Below, one piece after another: positions 35,379 through 45,087 of a DNA stretch of 64,000 bases. How positions within the stretch are numbered: position 1 is the first letter of the stretch; each line of letters opens with the position of its first letter. The stretch is from positions 10,858 through 74,857 of the forward strand of contig CAZKTO010000004.1 of NCBI GenBank assembly GCA_964555685.1, given 5' to 3'. The notes under the pieces were generated by a model. It worked only from the letters and a program-made list of their open reading frames with translations. It had not been told where the DNA came from and ran no database searches. A program made the translations under genes and the position numbers. This DNA is from an uncultured Dehalococcoidia bacterium (GTDB lineage: Bacteria; Chloroflexota; Dehalococcoidia; SHYB01).

Positions 35379-36587
35379 TTACAGCACCCCCTGCTCGGAG
35401 AGGATCACCAGCTCGTCTTTGGAGAGGCCCAGCCGCCCGCAGTAGACCGCCTCGTTGTCGTCGCCCAGGGCGGGCGCCGGACGGGAGAGCCGCCAGGGCG
35501 TCTGCGCCAGGTTGAACGGGCGGCCAGGGCCGGTGACGGGGCCCGTGGCCCGGGTCCCCAGGTCGGTGAAGAAGCCGCGGGCGTTGAACTGGGGATTCTT
35601 CGCCACGTCCTCGGCGCTGGCCACCTTGACCATCGGGATCCGCAGCTCCTGCCCGCGGGACACGATCTCCTCGGCCGGGCGCTCCAGGAACCAGGGCGCG
35701 AGGATGGCCATCGCCTCGTCGGCGTGCTCGATGCGGGCCAGCGGCGTCGCGAAGCGCGGGTCGTCCTGCAGGTGCGACATATCCAGCAGCACCGTCAGGT
35801 ACTCCCACTGGTGCTGAAGCATCGTATAGAACCCGATGTACCCGTCCTTGCACCGCACGATGGAGATGGGGAAGCGGTTGCCGGAGCGCGGCATGAGCAC
35901 GTTCCGGTACGAGTAGCCCAGGGCCGTCGAGGGGAGCGCCGTGATGAGCGACTCGAGCACCGAGACGTCGGCCCGCTGGGCGCCCGTCTCGTCGCGGCCG
36001 TAGAGCGCCCCCAGCGTCGCGCTGGCGGCGTTGAGCCCGGCCACGAACTCGCTCACGTCTTCGCCCGCCCGCAGCGGCTCTCGCCCCGGCAGGCCCATGC
36101 TGATCATCAGGCTCCCCAGCGCCCACTGTACCAGGTCCGTCCCCTGGTAATCGCGGTACGGGCCCGACTGGCCGAAGTCGCTGATGGACGTGACGATCAG
36201 GCGCGGGTTCGCCTGCTGGAGCGCCTCGCCCGCGAGGCCCCACGCCGCCAGGACGCCCGGCCGCATCGTCTCAACGAGGACGTCGGTGTCCCGCAGCAGC
36301 TCCCTGAAGATGACGGCGCCCGTGGCCGTGGAGGGGTCGAGCGTCACGCTCCGCTTGTTGGTGTTCAGGAAAAGATGGAGGCCTCCGGCCTCTGCGTCGA
36401 TGCGGTCGCCGCGGAAGGGGCCCGCGCGCCGAACGGGGTCGCCCGCCACCGGCGGCTCGACCTTGACGACCTCGGCCCCGAAGTCGGCCAGGAACTTGGC
36501 GCAGAAGGCCCCCGCGATACGGTCGCTGAGTTCAATGATGCGTAAATGCTGGAGGGCCTGGTCCGGCATGTGATGGTTCCCGTTCAC
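35379..36587 (-). CDS. Family-III CoA-transferase
   Basis: ...LQHLRIIELSDRIAGAFCAKFLADFGAEVVKVE.... The start is either GTG 36587 or ATG 36569. The stop is 4 nt from the next gene's start. Confidence 0.85.
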   Translation of the reverse strand: MNGNHHMPDQALQHLRIIELSDRIAGAFCAKFLADFGAEVVKVEPPVAGDPVRRAGPFRGDRIDAEAGGLHLFLNTNKRSVTLDPSTATGAVIFRELLRDTDVLVETMRPGVLAAWGLAGEALQQANPRLIVTSISDFGQSGPYRDYQGTDLVQWALGSLMISMGLPGREPLRAGEDVSEFVAGLNAASATLGALYGRDETGAQRADVSVLESLITALPSTALGYSYRNVLMPRSGNRFPISIVRCKDGYIGFYTMLQHQWEYLTVLLDMSHLQDDPRFATPLARIEHADEAMAILAPWFLERPAEEIVSRGQELRIPMVKVASAEDVAKNPQFNARGFFTDLGTRATGPVTGPGRPFNLAQTPWRLSRPAPALGDDNEAVYCGRLGLSKDELVILSEQGVL

Positions 36588-36851
36588 TCTTTGAGAGACC
36601 CTTCGCTGACCGCCACGCTCGGCTCGCGGCTTCGGCTCAGGACTCGCGGAGTCTACCCTGAGCCTGACGAAGGGCTCGGCTCGACGACGCGGAGATGGCC
36701 GAGGGCCTGCGGGGCCCTGACCTCCTTGCTCTCCTTCGGCAGGCTCAGGACAGGCTCTTCCATGGCTGGCAAGGGGGCGCCTCCGCCTCTCTCTGCGCCG
36801 GCGAGGGGTCCGATCGTGGGCATCGCCATCATCGCCCGTCTTGCTCAGCGG

Positions 36852-37658
36852 CTACCGCATCTTGAAGTTCGCCTTGCGCTTCTCGGCGAAGGCCTTGAGC
36901 CCTTCCTTGGCGTCCTCGCTCTCGAAGCAGACCTTGGAGTGCAGGCTCTCGATGTAGTAGGCGATGTCCGTCGGTACCCCCTGGGTCAGCAGCACGGAGC
37001 GTTTGATGGCCTGGAGCGAGATGGGGCCGTTGGCCTTCATCCGCTCGGCGTAGTTCATGGCCGCCGGCATGAGGTCCTTGAGGGGGACGACCTTGTTGAC
37101 CAGGCCGCAGTTGTAGGCCTCCTGGGCGGTGACGCGTCCGCCGCTCCCGCCCACCAGGAGGAGCTCCATGGCCCAGGCGTAGGGGATCTGGCGCGGCAGG
37201 CGCACGGTCGTCCCGCCGCCGGGGAAGAGCCCCCAGCGGACCTCGGCCACGGCGAAGGTGGCGTGCTCGGCGGCGACCCGAATGTCCGTGCCGCACAGCA
37301 GCTCCATCCCCCCGGCGATGCAGAAGCCGTTGACGGCGGCGATGACCGGCTTGTACAGGTCGAAGCCCTTGAGCACCAGGGGCACCGTGGTGTCGAACTT
37401 GGGAGCGGCAGGCTTCCGGTGCGTGCCCTCCACGGCCTTGGGGATGAAGGTCTTGAGGTTGCCGCCCGCGCTGAAGGCCTTGTCGCCCGCGCCGGTGACG
37501 ATGGCCACGATGACCTTGGGGTCGTCGCGCACGTCGATGAAGGCCCGGGTCATCCCCTCGCTGATCTCGTCGTCCATGGCGTTCAGGGTCTCGGGTTTGT
37601 TCATGGTGATGATGGCGATGCCATCGCGCTTTTCATAGATCACGGCAGGTCCGGGCAT
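36852..37658 (-). CDS. Enoyl-CoA hydratase/isomerase (crotonase family)
   Basis: IAIITMNKPETLNAM..., AIVTGAGDKAFSAGGN..., IAAVNGFCIAGG. Confidence 0.9.
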   Translation of the reverse strand: MPGPAVIYEKRDGIAIITMNKPETLNAMDDEISEGMTRAFIDVRDDPKVIVAIVTGAGDKAFSAGGNLKTFIPKAVEGTHRKPAAPKFDTTVPLVLKGFDLYKPVIAAVNGFCIAGGMELLCGTDIRVAAEHATFAVAEVRWGLFPGGGTTVRLPRQIPYAWAMELLLVGGSGGRVTAQEAYNCGLVNKVVPLKDLMPAAMNYAERMKANGPISLQAIKRSVLLTQGVPTDIAYYIESLHSKVCFESEDAKEGLKAFAEKRKANFKMR

Positions 37659-37682
37659 GGGGTCACCTCGTCTGCGGATATC

Positions 37683-38858
<1,176 letters not shown>

Positions 38859-38886
38859 CAGATCACCTCGTCCTTGCGTCCATCTC

Positions 38887-38921
38887 CCCATCCCTTCACG
38901 GAAGGGGTAGGGGGTTAGGTT
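38887..38921 (+). repeat. Half type-A element; its TTA (38915..38917) is the stop codon of the ACAD gene on the other strand
   Basis: CCCATCCCTTCacGGAAGGGGTAGGGGGTTAGGTT. Confidence 0.6.
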
Positions 38922-40039
38922 GCCAATGCTGCGCCCACCTGTGCCCGGTACATATCGAGGCCGCCGAAGAGCGACTCCCACGCCTTGGCGCGCCGGAAGT
39001 AGAGCTGCGGGTCCGTCTCCTTCGCCAGGCCGATGCCGCCGTGGATCTGGATCCCCGTCCGCGTCATCCGGTTGTAGGCCGTCGAGACCCAGACCTTGGC
39101 CATGGCCACCTCTTCGGCGCAGGGCCGGCCCTCGCTCAGCTTCCAGCAGAGGTCGTAGGTCACCAGCCGGACCGTCTCCGCGTCCGCGTACATGTTGGCG
39201 GCGTGGTGCTGCACGGCCTGGAACCGGCCGATGGGCTGGCTGAACTGGACCCGCTTCTTGGCGTACTCCACGCTGATCTCCAGCACGGCCTGGGCGCCGC
39301 CCGCCGCCTGCGCGCACTGCCCGCCGATAGCCCAGTCCATCGTCCGCTGGACGATGGGCCAGCCTCCGTTGACCTCGCCGAGCACCCGGTCCTTGGGCAC
39401 GTGGAGGTCCTGGAACGTTACCTCGAAGTGCCGCTCCAGGCTCATGGGCTTCAGCGGCTGCATCGATATCCCGGGCGCGCTCCCGTCCACGATGAAGACG
39501 GTGACGTCGTTCTCGCCTGAGCCGGTCCGGGCCGCGCACAGGATGTGCCGCGCGACGCGGGCGTTCTCGACGAAGAGCTTCGTTCCGCTCAGACGGAACC
39601 CGCCTCGGTCCGGCGCCGCCCGCATCTGGATCCCCTGGGCCGACCAGCTGCCGCCATCTTCCAGGACCCCGAAGGTCATGATCGCCTCGCCCGTGGCCAC
39701 CTGCGGCAGGATCGCCCGCTTCTGCTCCGCCGACCCGAAGTGCGCGAGGGGCAGCCCGCCCAGCACCACCGTCGAGAAGATGGGCACCGGCGCGATGGCG
39801 CGTCCCACCTCCTCGAGCAGCACCGCGAGGTCGAGGAACGATCCGCCGGCGCCGCCGTGCTCGGCCGGGAAGGGCAGCCCCAGCCAGCCCAGACCGGCGA
39901 TACGCTTCCACAGCTCCGGGGCGTAGCCCTGCGGGTCCTCCTCCATCTCGCGGACGAGGCTCTTGGGCGCATGCTTCTCGAAGAGATCGCGGGCCGTCCT
40001 GCGCAGGAGCTCCTGCTCTTGAGAGAAGCTGAAGTCCAT
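38915..40039 (-). CDS. Acyl-CoA dehydrogenase-family protein, divergent C-terminus (possible partner subunit of 37683..38858)
   Basis: MDFSFSQEQELLRRTARDLF..., ACAD-like middle domain. The C-terminus (...HGGIGLAKETDPQLYFRRAK...) lacks the ...EIQ... motif seen in the other two ACADs. Confidence 0.85.
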   Translation of the reverse strand: MDFSFSQEQELLRRTARDLFEKHAPKSLVREMEEDPQGYAPELWKRIAGLGWLGLPFPAEHGGAGGSFLDLAVLLEEVGRAIAPVPIFSTVVLGGLPLAHFGSAEQKRAILPQVATGEAIMTFGVLEDGGSWSAQGIQMRAAPDRGGFRLSGTKLFVENARVARHILCAARTGSGENDVTVFIVDGSAPGISMQPLKPMSLERHFEVTFQDLHVPKDRVLGEVNGGWPIVQRTMDWAIGGQCAQAAGGAQAVLEISVEYAKKRVQFSQPIGRFQAVQHHAANMYADAETVRLVTYDLCWKLSEGRPCAEEVAMAKVWVSTAYNRMTRTGIQIHGGIGLAKETDPQLYFRRAKAWESLFGGLDMYRAQVGAALAT

Positions 40040-40160
40040 GGTCGCCGGCCTCTTGAGCGTGGGTGCTATGATGGGGCTGCCCCGGGAGGGCGCGGGCGGC
40101 CGGGCGCAGAGCCGCAACAGTATAGCACAGCCCTTCCGCCCGCCTGATGGAGGCGACCTA

Positions 40161-40667
40161 ATGACCTACGAGAGAACCCCATCCTCTCAGGCCGCTCAGG
40201 CCAGCGAGGCGTACCCCCAGCCCCTGCCTCTCCCCGACCTCGATAGCCAGCCCTACTGGGACGGCTGCCGCCGCCACGAGCTCCTCCTCCAGCGCAACAA
40301 GCTCACCGGCCAGTTCCGCTTCCCGCCGGGGCCCATGGTAGCCATCCCCGGCCAGGCCGAGTGGGAGTGGGTGAAGGCCAGCGGCCGCGGCGCCGTGTAC
40401 AGCTTCTGCGTCGTCCACTACCCGGCGCACCCGCACTTCCGGAGCAAGGTCCCCTACGTCGTCGCCATCATCGACTTGGAGGAGGGAGCGCGCATCGTCG
40501 GCAACATGCCGGGCGTCAAGGAGACGGACGTCCGCATCGGCATGCCCGTCGAGGTCTACTTCGAGGACGTCGCGCCGGACGCGGCGCTGCCGCAGTTCAG
40601 GAAGGCGGAGAGAGACCCTTCGCTCGCCCCTTCGGGGACTCAGGGCTACGGCTCTGGGCAAGCCTAA
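40161..40667 (+). CDS. DUF35 OB-fold protein (zinc-ribbon cysteines not retained)
   Basis: PYWDGCRRHELLLQRNKLTGQFRFPP...GRGAVYSFCVVHY...VVAIIDLEEG...MPVEVYFE is collinear with 27416..27856. The last ~20 aa and the TAA stop come from repeat DNA. Confidence 0.75.
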   Translation: MTYERTPSSQAAQASEAYPQPLPLPDLDSQPYWDGCRRHELLLQRNKLTGQFRFPPGPMVAIPGQAEWEWVKASGRGAVYSFCVVHYPAHPHFRSKVPYVVAIIDLEEGARIVGNMPGVKETDVRIGMPVEVYFEDVAPDAALPQFRKAERDPSLAPSGTQGYGSGQA

Positions 40668-40850
40668 CTCCCCTGGCTCCCTTCCCATTCACGAAAGGGG
40701 CATTGGTCGCTCCTCTCAAAGGCGGGGTTCTGACAATGATGGGGGCTCCAAGGGGGTCACCCCCTTGGCGGGGGTCTGGGGGACACCCCCCAGAGTCGAA
40801 TCGATTCCCCCTCTCCGTCCTCGATGGAGAGGGGCCAGGGGGTGAGGGTG
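40663..40850. repeat. Composite repeat patch: a reverse-oriented degenerate half type-A, a CCAAGGGGGTcaCCCCCTTGG hairpin, and a hairpin-1-like unit CCCCTCTCC..GGAGAGGGGCCAGGGGGTGAGGG
   Basis: Read directly. The boundaries are approximate. Confidence 0.55.
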
Positions 40851-41717
40851 ACCAAGCTCATCATCGAAGCGGCCATCAACGAGGCGGTCACCAAGGAGCA
40901 GAACCACAACGCCCCCTACGGGCCCGAGGAGATCGCCGCCGACGCCATCGAGTGCGCCCGCGCGGGGGCCTCCATCGTCCACTTCCACGCCCGCGACCCC
41001 GCCACCGGCGACCAGCGCTGGACCGATCACGCCCTCTACGCCCAGGCCATGACGCTCATCCAGCGCGACTGCGACGCCATCCTCTACCCCACCTACGCCG
41101 CGCGCCTCCCCGTCGGCGAGCGCTACCAGCACGTCGAGGCCCTGGGCCGCGAGCGCGCCGTCCGCTTCGAGATGGGCACCATCGATCTCGGCGCCGTCAA
41201 TATGGCCTCCTTCGACCCGCTCACCAGGACGCTGGGCCGCGACTTCGTCTACGATAACTCCCACGCCGCCGTCCTGCGGTTCCTGGAGATCGCCAAGGAG
41301 ACCGGCATCATCTACAACCTGGGCATCCGCGAGCCCGGCCACCTGCGCCACGCCCTGGCCTACCACCAGATGGGCCTCCTGCGCGAGCCCCTCATCCTCA
41401 AGCTCTTCTTCACCGACCATCATCCGTACGGCCTCCCGCCGACGGTCAAGGGCCTCCAGGCCTATATCGACATGATTCCGGCGGACCTGCCGCACGTCTG
41501 GTTCATCCAGAGCTACGGCCCCAGCCACACGATGATGCAGGGCCTGGCCATCTCCCTGGGCGGGCACGTCCGCACCGGCATCGGCGATAATCCCAGGCTG
41601 GACGGGCGGCAGATGACCTCGGCCCAGCAGGTCGAGAAGTTCGCCGGCATCGCGAGACGGCTGGGGCGCGAGGTCGCCTCCCCGGCCGAGGCGCGCAGGC
41701 TGCTGGGGGTGAGGTAA
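40848..41717 (+). CDS. 3-keto-5-aminohexanoate cleavage enzyme family (BKACE/DUF849)
   Basis: VTKLIIEAAINE...ASIVHFHARDP...GHVRTGIGDN are typical BKACE blocks. Start guessed at GTG 40848, because ATG 40824 lies inside a repeat hairpin. Confidence 0.8.
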   Translation: MTKLIIEAAINEAVTKEQNHNAPYGPEEIAADAIECARAGASIVHFHARDPATGDQRWTDHALYAQAMTLIQRDCDAILYPTYAARLPVGERYQHVEALGRERAVRFEMGTIDLGAVNMASFDPLTRTLGRDFVYDNSHAAVLRFLEIAKETGIIYNLGIREPGHLRHALAYHQMGLLREPLILKLFFTDHHPYGLPPTVKGLQAYIDMIPADLPHVWFIQSYGPSHTMMQGLAISLGGHVRTGIGDNPRLDGRQMTSAQQVEKFAGIARRLGREVASPAEARRLLGVR

Positions 41718-41730
41718 GAAGGGAGCGATC

Positions 41731-42432
41731 ATGCTGCGACGAGTCATGGCCATCAAGATCAAGGACGGTGTCCCGCCCGAGCGGGTCCGGGAGTTCGAGG
41801 ACGCGCTCCGGGAGACGCCCCAGCGCATCGCCGGCGTCTCCCGTGTCTGGCTGGGGCGCAACATCCCGCAGCCCCACGAGTGGACCATGGTCTGGGACGT
41901 GGCCTTCGACGGCCAGCGGGGGATCGACGAGTACAACCGGCACCCGTACCACCTGGAGCGCCTGGCCTCCTTCTACCGGCCGGGGCCGCAGCAGCTCGTC
42001 GAGCGGGCCTCCTTCGTCACCTTCGAGCCCTACGCCGGCGAGACGCCGAAGCCTGGCATGAAGGAGTTTATCAAGCGCACCCTCGTCATCGGCATCGTCC
42101 CCGGGACGCCGCCCGAGCGGGTCCGGGAGTTCGAGGAGCGGCTGACGCAGATGCCCCGCTACATCAAGGGGATCAAGAACTGGGCCATGAGCCGCAACGG
42201 CCAGGCCAAGGAGGTCTCAGCGGGCCAGGCGAAGGACGTGGTGTGGACGCACGTCTGGGAGCAGGAGTACGAGAGCGCGGCCGGGTTCGACGACTACATG
42301 ACGCACCCGTTCCACTGGGGCGTCGTGGACCTCTACTTCGACCGGGACGCGCCGGTTCAGGTGGCCAACCGCTGGATCCACGTCTACTACCCGTGCGAGA
42401 GGACGATCCTGGGGCACACGGGCGGGAGGTAG
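41731..42432 (+). CDS. Tandem Dabb (stress-responsive alpha/beta-barrel) domain protein
   Basis: There are two internal repeats: ...PPERVREFEDALRETPQRIAGV..W.. and ...PPERVREFEERLTQMPRYIKGIKNW.... Confidence 0.7.
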   Translation: MLRRVMAIKIKDGVPPERVREFEDALRETPQRIAGVSRVWLGRNIPQPHEWTMVWDVAFDGQRGIDEYNRHPYHLERLASFYRPGPQQLVERASFVTFEPYAGETPKPGMKEFIKRTLVIGIVPGTPPERVREFEERLTQMPRYIKGIKNWAMSRNGQAKEVSAGQAKDVVWTHVWEQEYESAAGFDDYMTHPFHWGVVDLYFDRDAPVQVANRWIHVYYPCERTILGHTGGR

Positions 42433-42472
42433 GGGGACGAGCAGTACTGGTGAGCTACGATTGCGAAAGTGG

Positions 42473-43048
42473 TTATACTTCGGTCCAGATTGCAAGGGAG
42501 AGCCAGGCTGCCGCCACCAGCAAGGGCAGCCCATACGGCGCCGCATGCCCTGGCCTGCCCAGGAGTGAGCGTACTGGCTCGGAACATTTGAGCAACCATT
42601 GATCAATGGGGCTTGAAGGATTTTTCTCCCACTCTTTGAGAAAATCCTCGAGCTCTTGCTGGCTATCGGGGGTTAGATTTTTCTTGATTTCGTCCTTCAG
42701 TCCCGGATTGTTGGCCACGTTGATTGCGATGCTCTTGAGCATTCCTAACTGGGACTCAATCTGCCGTTGGCGCAAAAAGAGCATTTGACCGATTTGAAGA
42801 CTTCTGGCAACGAACGGTAGCAATATGAGTTGGCTGGCAACCGCCGCGCCCGCAAGGAGCCATGTCATACGTCCTATTTCGTCAGCATTGGTAGCCACGA
42901 CGCCTAATGCGATAATCCACCCGGCTGAGAATAAGGACACGGAGTTCCATAGCCAATTTCCCTTATTGGTCGCCTCGTCCTGGCATTCTCGGTATTCGAC
43001 TAACAGCGCGTCCTGTCGTTGCTTATTGCCCGGAGTCTGCTCCATCAA
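42473..43048 (-). CDS. Orphan membrane protein (191 aa, 2-3 predicted TM helices), markedly AT-richer than the flanks
   Basis: ORF plus hydrophobic segments (WLWNSVSLFSAGWIIALGVV; WLLAGAAVASQLILLPFV; LPLLVAAAWLSLAIW). No family recognised. Confidence 0.6.
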   Translation of the reverse strand: MMEQTPGNKQRQDALLVEYRECQDEATNKGNWLWNSVSLFSAGWIIALGVVATNADEIGRMTWLLAGAAVASQLILLPFVARSLQIGQMLFLRQRQIESQLGMLKSIAINVANNPGLKDEIKKNLTPDSQQELEDFLKEWEKNPSSPIDQWLLKCSEPVRSLLGRPGHAAPYGLPLLVAAAWLSLAIWTEV

Positions 43049-43171
43049 GTTCTGACCTCCCCGGCCCGCCCGCCACGACCGGCCGGCCGCCGCTCCCGGG
43101 CCTGCTGGGCGCGGCGCGCCGTGCCCTTACAAGCTCCGAAACCCTTCGTGTCTTTGAGTCTTTGTGGTGAA

Positions 43172-44137
43172 CTACTCTTGGGATAGCGGGGCTGCGGCGG
43201 CCAGGGGCAGGGGGCGCTTGCGGCTCTGGTGCGCCTCCCGCGCCCGCTCCCACATCCGGCAGAAGGCGCACAGCTCGGTCGTCGTCGGCTCGCCGCACTG
43301 CGAGCACTCGCCCAGCGAGACCTGGTCGCTCGCCAGGATGAGGGGCCGCGCCCGGTCCAGGAAGCCCTGGAGGAACTGCGCCTTCGTCCCCGGCGACTCC
43401 GCCTCGATGGCGTTCAGCGCCTCCTTGTAGGCGATGGACTGGGCGCCCTGGGCGTTGGGGCACTCCTCCTCGATGTAGTCGATGCGACGCAGCAGCGTGT
43501 AGCAGAGCGTCTCCCGCTCCGTGAAGGTGTAGAGCGGCTTCACCTTCCTCGCGAGCTTGGCGTGGGTGCTCTCCAGCACGGGCGACTGCCGCGCCAGGTA
43601 GCCCATCTGCCAGTGGAGCACGTTCCCCATGAGCGTGGCCACCTCGTCGTCCAGGTTGTGGCCGGTGGCGAGGACGTCGAAGCCCAGCTCGTGGGCGGCC
43701 TGGTTCGTCACATAGCGCTTCGTCAGCCCGCACCCGGAGCACGGCACGCGCCGCAGCGCCTTGGAGAGCTCCGTGATCCCCATCTCGCCGGCGCCGTGCT
43801 CCTGCCGCACGTCCTTCACGATGAGCCGCCCGCTGACCTTCGCGGCGAAGGCCTCGGCCCTCTCCCGCGACCGCCGCGAGTAGTCGCCGATGCCCAGGTC
43901 GATGTAGAGCGCGGTCGTCTCGTACCCCAGGCGGATGAGGATGTCCCAGAGCGCCAGGCTATCCTTGCCGCCCGAGACGGCGATGAGGACCTTCTGCTCC
44001 CGCGTGAACATCTTCTTGGAGTGGATGTTCCGCTCCACGTGCGTCTGGAAGAAGTCGAGGTAGTGGGGGCCGCAGTAGGCGGAGTTGTGGCGGCGCAGCT
44101 CCACCTGGGCCCGCTCGCCGCACTTGGAGCAGCGCAT
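43172..44137 (-). CDS. ttuA: TtuA/NcsA-type tRNA 2-thiolation PP-loop ATPase
   Basis: N-terminal CSKC...CGPH zinc finger, PP-loop AVSGGKDS, central PCSGCG, and C-terminal CSQCG...CAFC. Confidence 0.85.
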   Translation of the reverse strand: MRCSKCGERAQVELRRHNSAYCGPHYLDFFQTHVERNIHSKKMFTREQKVLIAVSGGKDSLALWDILIRLGYETTALYIDLGIGDYSRRSRERAEAFAAKVSGRLIVKDVRQEHGAGEMGITELSKALRRVPCSGCGLTKRYVTNQAAHELGFDVLATGHNLDDEVATLMGNVLHWQMGYLARQSPVLESTHAKLARKVKPLYTFTERETLCYTLLRRIDYIEEECPNAQGAQSIAYKEALNAIEAESPGTKAQFLQGFLDRARPLILASDQVSLGECSQCGEPTTTELCAFCRMWERAREAHQSRKRPLPLAAAAPLSQE

Positions 44138-44139
44138 GG

Positions 44140-44340
44140 CTACACGCCTCCGGAGATGGCCGAGACGATCTCGATAGTCTCGTCGTCCCTGACATAGGCG
44201 TCGCGGGTAAGGAGCGCCTCGCCCTGGACGACGATGAACGTCTCGGGGTTCAGGCCGAGCTCCTTGAGCAGGTCCCTGACGGGCCGGTTGCCGTGCAGCT
44301 CCAACTCGCGGCGGCGCGGGTTACGAATGATGACCTTCAT
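44140..44340 (-). CDS. ThiS/MoaD/TtuB-like ubiquitin-fold sulfur carrier ending ...ISGGV
   Basis: 66 aa, beta-grasp-like sequence, a Gly-Gly one residue before the stop. It is adjacent to ttuA (2-nt gap). Confidence 0.75.
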   Translation of the reverse strand: MKVIIRNPRRRELELHGNRPVRDLLKELGLNPETFIVVQGEALLTRDAYVRDDETIEIVSAISGGV

Positions 44341-44425
44341 GGCTCCTCGGCGGCCCTGGATGCGGGCGTCCCGATAGTGGACTTCTGATTATAAGAGATC
44401 GGCCGGACCGCCCACAAACGGAGTC

Positions 44426-44509
44426 GCCCTCTCCCCCATCCCCTCTCGTGAAGGGAGAGGGGCGATTCCCCCTTCCCTCCCAGGGAAGAGGGAGCTAGGA
44501 GGTCAGGGC
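44426..44509 (+). repeat. Type-A bipartite element (slightly degenerate)
   Basis: GCCCTCTCCCCCATCCCCTCTCgtgaagGGAGAGGGGCGATTCCCCCTTCCCtcccaGGGAAGAGGGAGCTAGGAGGTCAGGGC. It contains the stop (44495..44497) of the next gene. Confidence 0.85.
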
Positions 44510-44977
44510 TTTCGCCAGCGCCACGAACTCCCGCCGGATGCTCGCCTTGGGCAGCGTCACGACCAGGTAGCCCTCGCCGTCCGTCTGGAACGACGACTCC
44601 ACGTTCAGCCGCTGGACCAGCCCCGCCTTCACCTCATCGAGCTTCGGCTGCGGCAGCGCGGCAAGGGCCGCCGTCACCGCCCTGGACGGACGGCCGTCCA
44701 GCGCGCGGTCGATCTCCCGGCGCAGCAGCGACTGGTGGGCGCCCCGGCGGTGCATCTCGCCGAGGGTCTTCATGTGGTCCTGGATATAGCACCCGCCGAA
44801 GTACATCATGCGGCAGTCCGCGCCCTGCCAGACCTCGTCCCACTGGCGCTTGGGCTCCAGGCCGCGCTCCGCCAGATAGGTCTTCACCTCGGCGTCCTCC
44901 GGGTCCGGCGCACCCTTGTTGAAGACGAGGAAGACCGAGTACATGTTGAAGTCTTTGGGCTCGATGCGAACGAACAT
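44495..44977 (-). CDS. Hypothetical protein (160 aa, MFVRIEPKDFNMYSVFLVF...)
   Basis: AAGGAGGGAG lies upstream of ATG 44977 and the composition is coding-like. No family recognised. Confidence 0.65.
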   Translation of the reverse strand: MFVRIEPKDFNMYSVFLVFNKGAPDPEDAEVKTYLAERGLEPKRQWDEVWQGADCRMMYFGGCYIQDHMKTLGEMHRRGAHQSLLRREIDRALDGRPSRAVTAALAALPQPKLDEVKAGLVQRLNVESSFQTDGEGYLVVTLPKASIRREFVALAKALTS

Positions 44978-44996
44978 GCGCTCCCTCCTTCGCCCC

Positions 44997-45066
44997 GCCC
45001 TCTCCCTCGTTCCCCTCTCCGGGCCGGAGAGGGGGGAACACCCCTTCTCGCGCCGGGAAGACGGGC
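44997..45066 (+). repeat. Degenerate type-A-like element
   Basis: GCCCTCTCCCTCGTTCCCCTCTCCgggcCGGAGAGGGGGGAAC..CCCCTTCTCgcgccGGGAAGACGGG. Confidence 0.55.
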
Positions 45067-45087
45067 GGGCACAGAGGCCCGCCCCTA

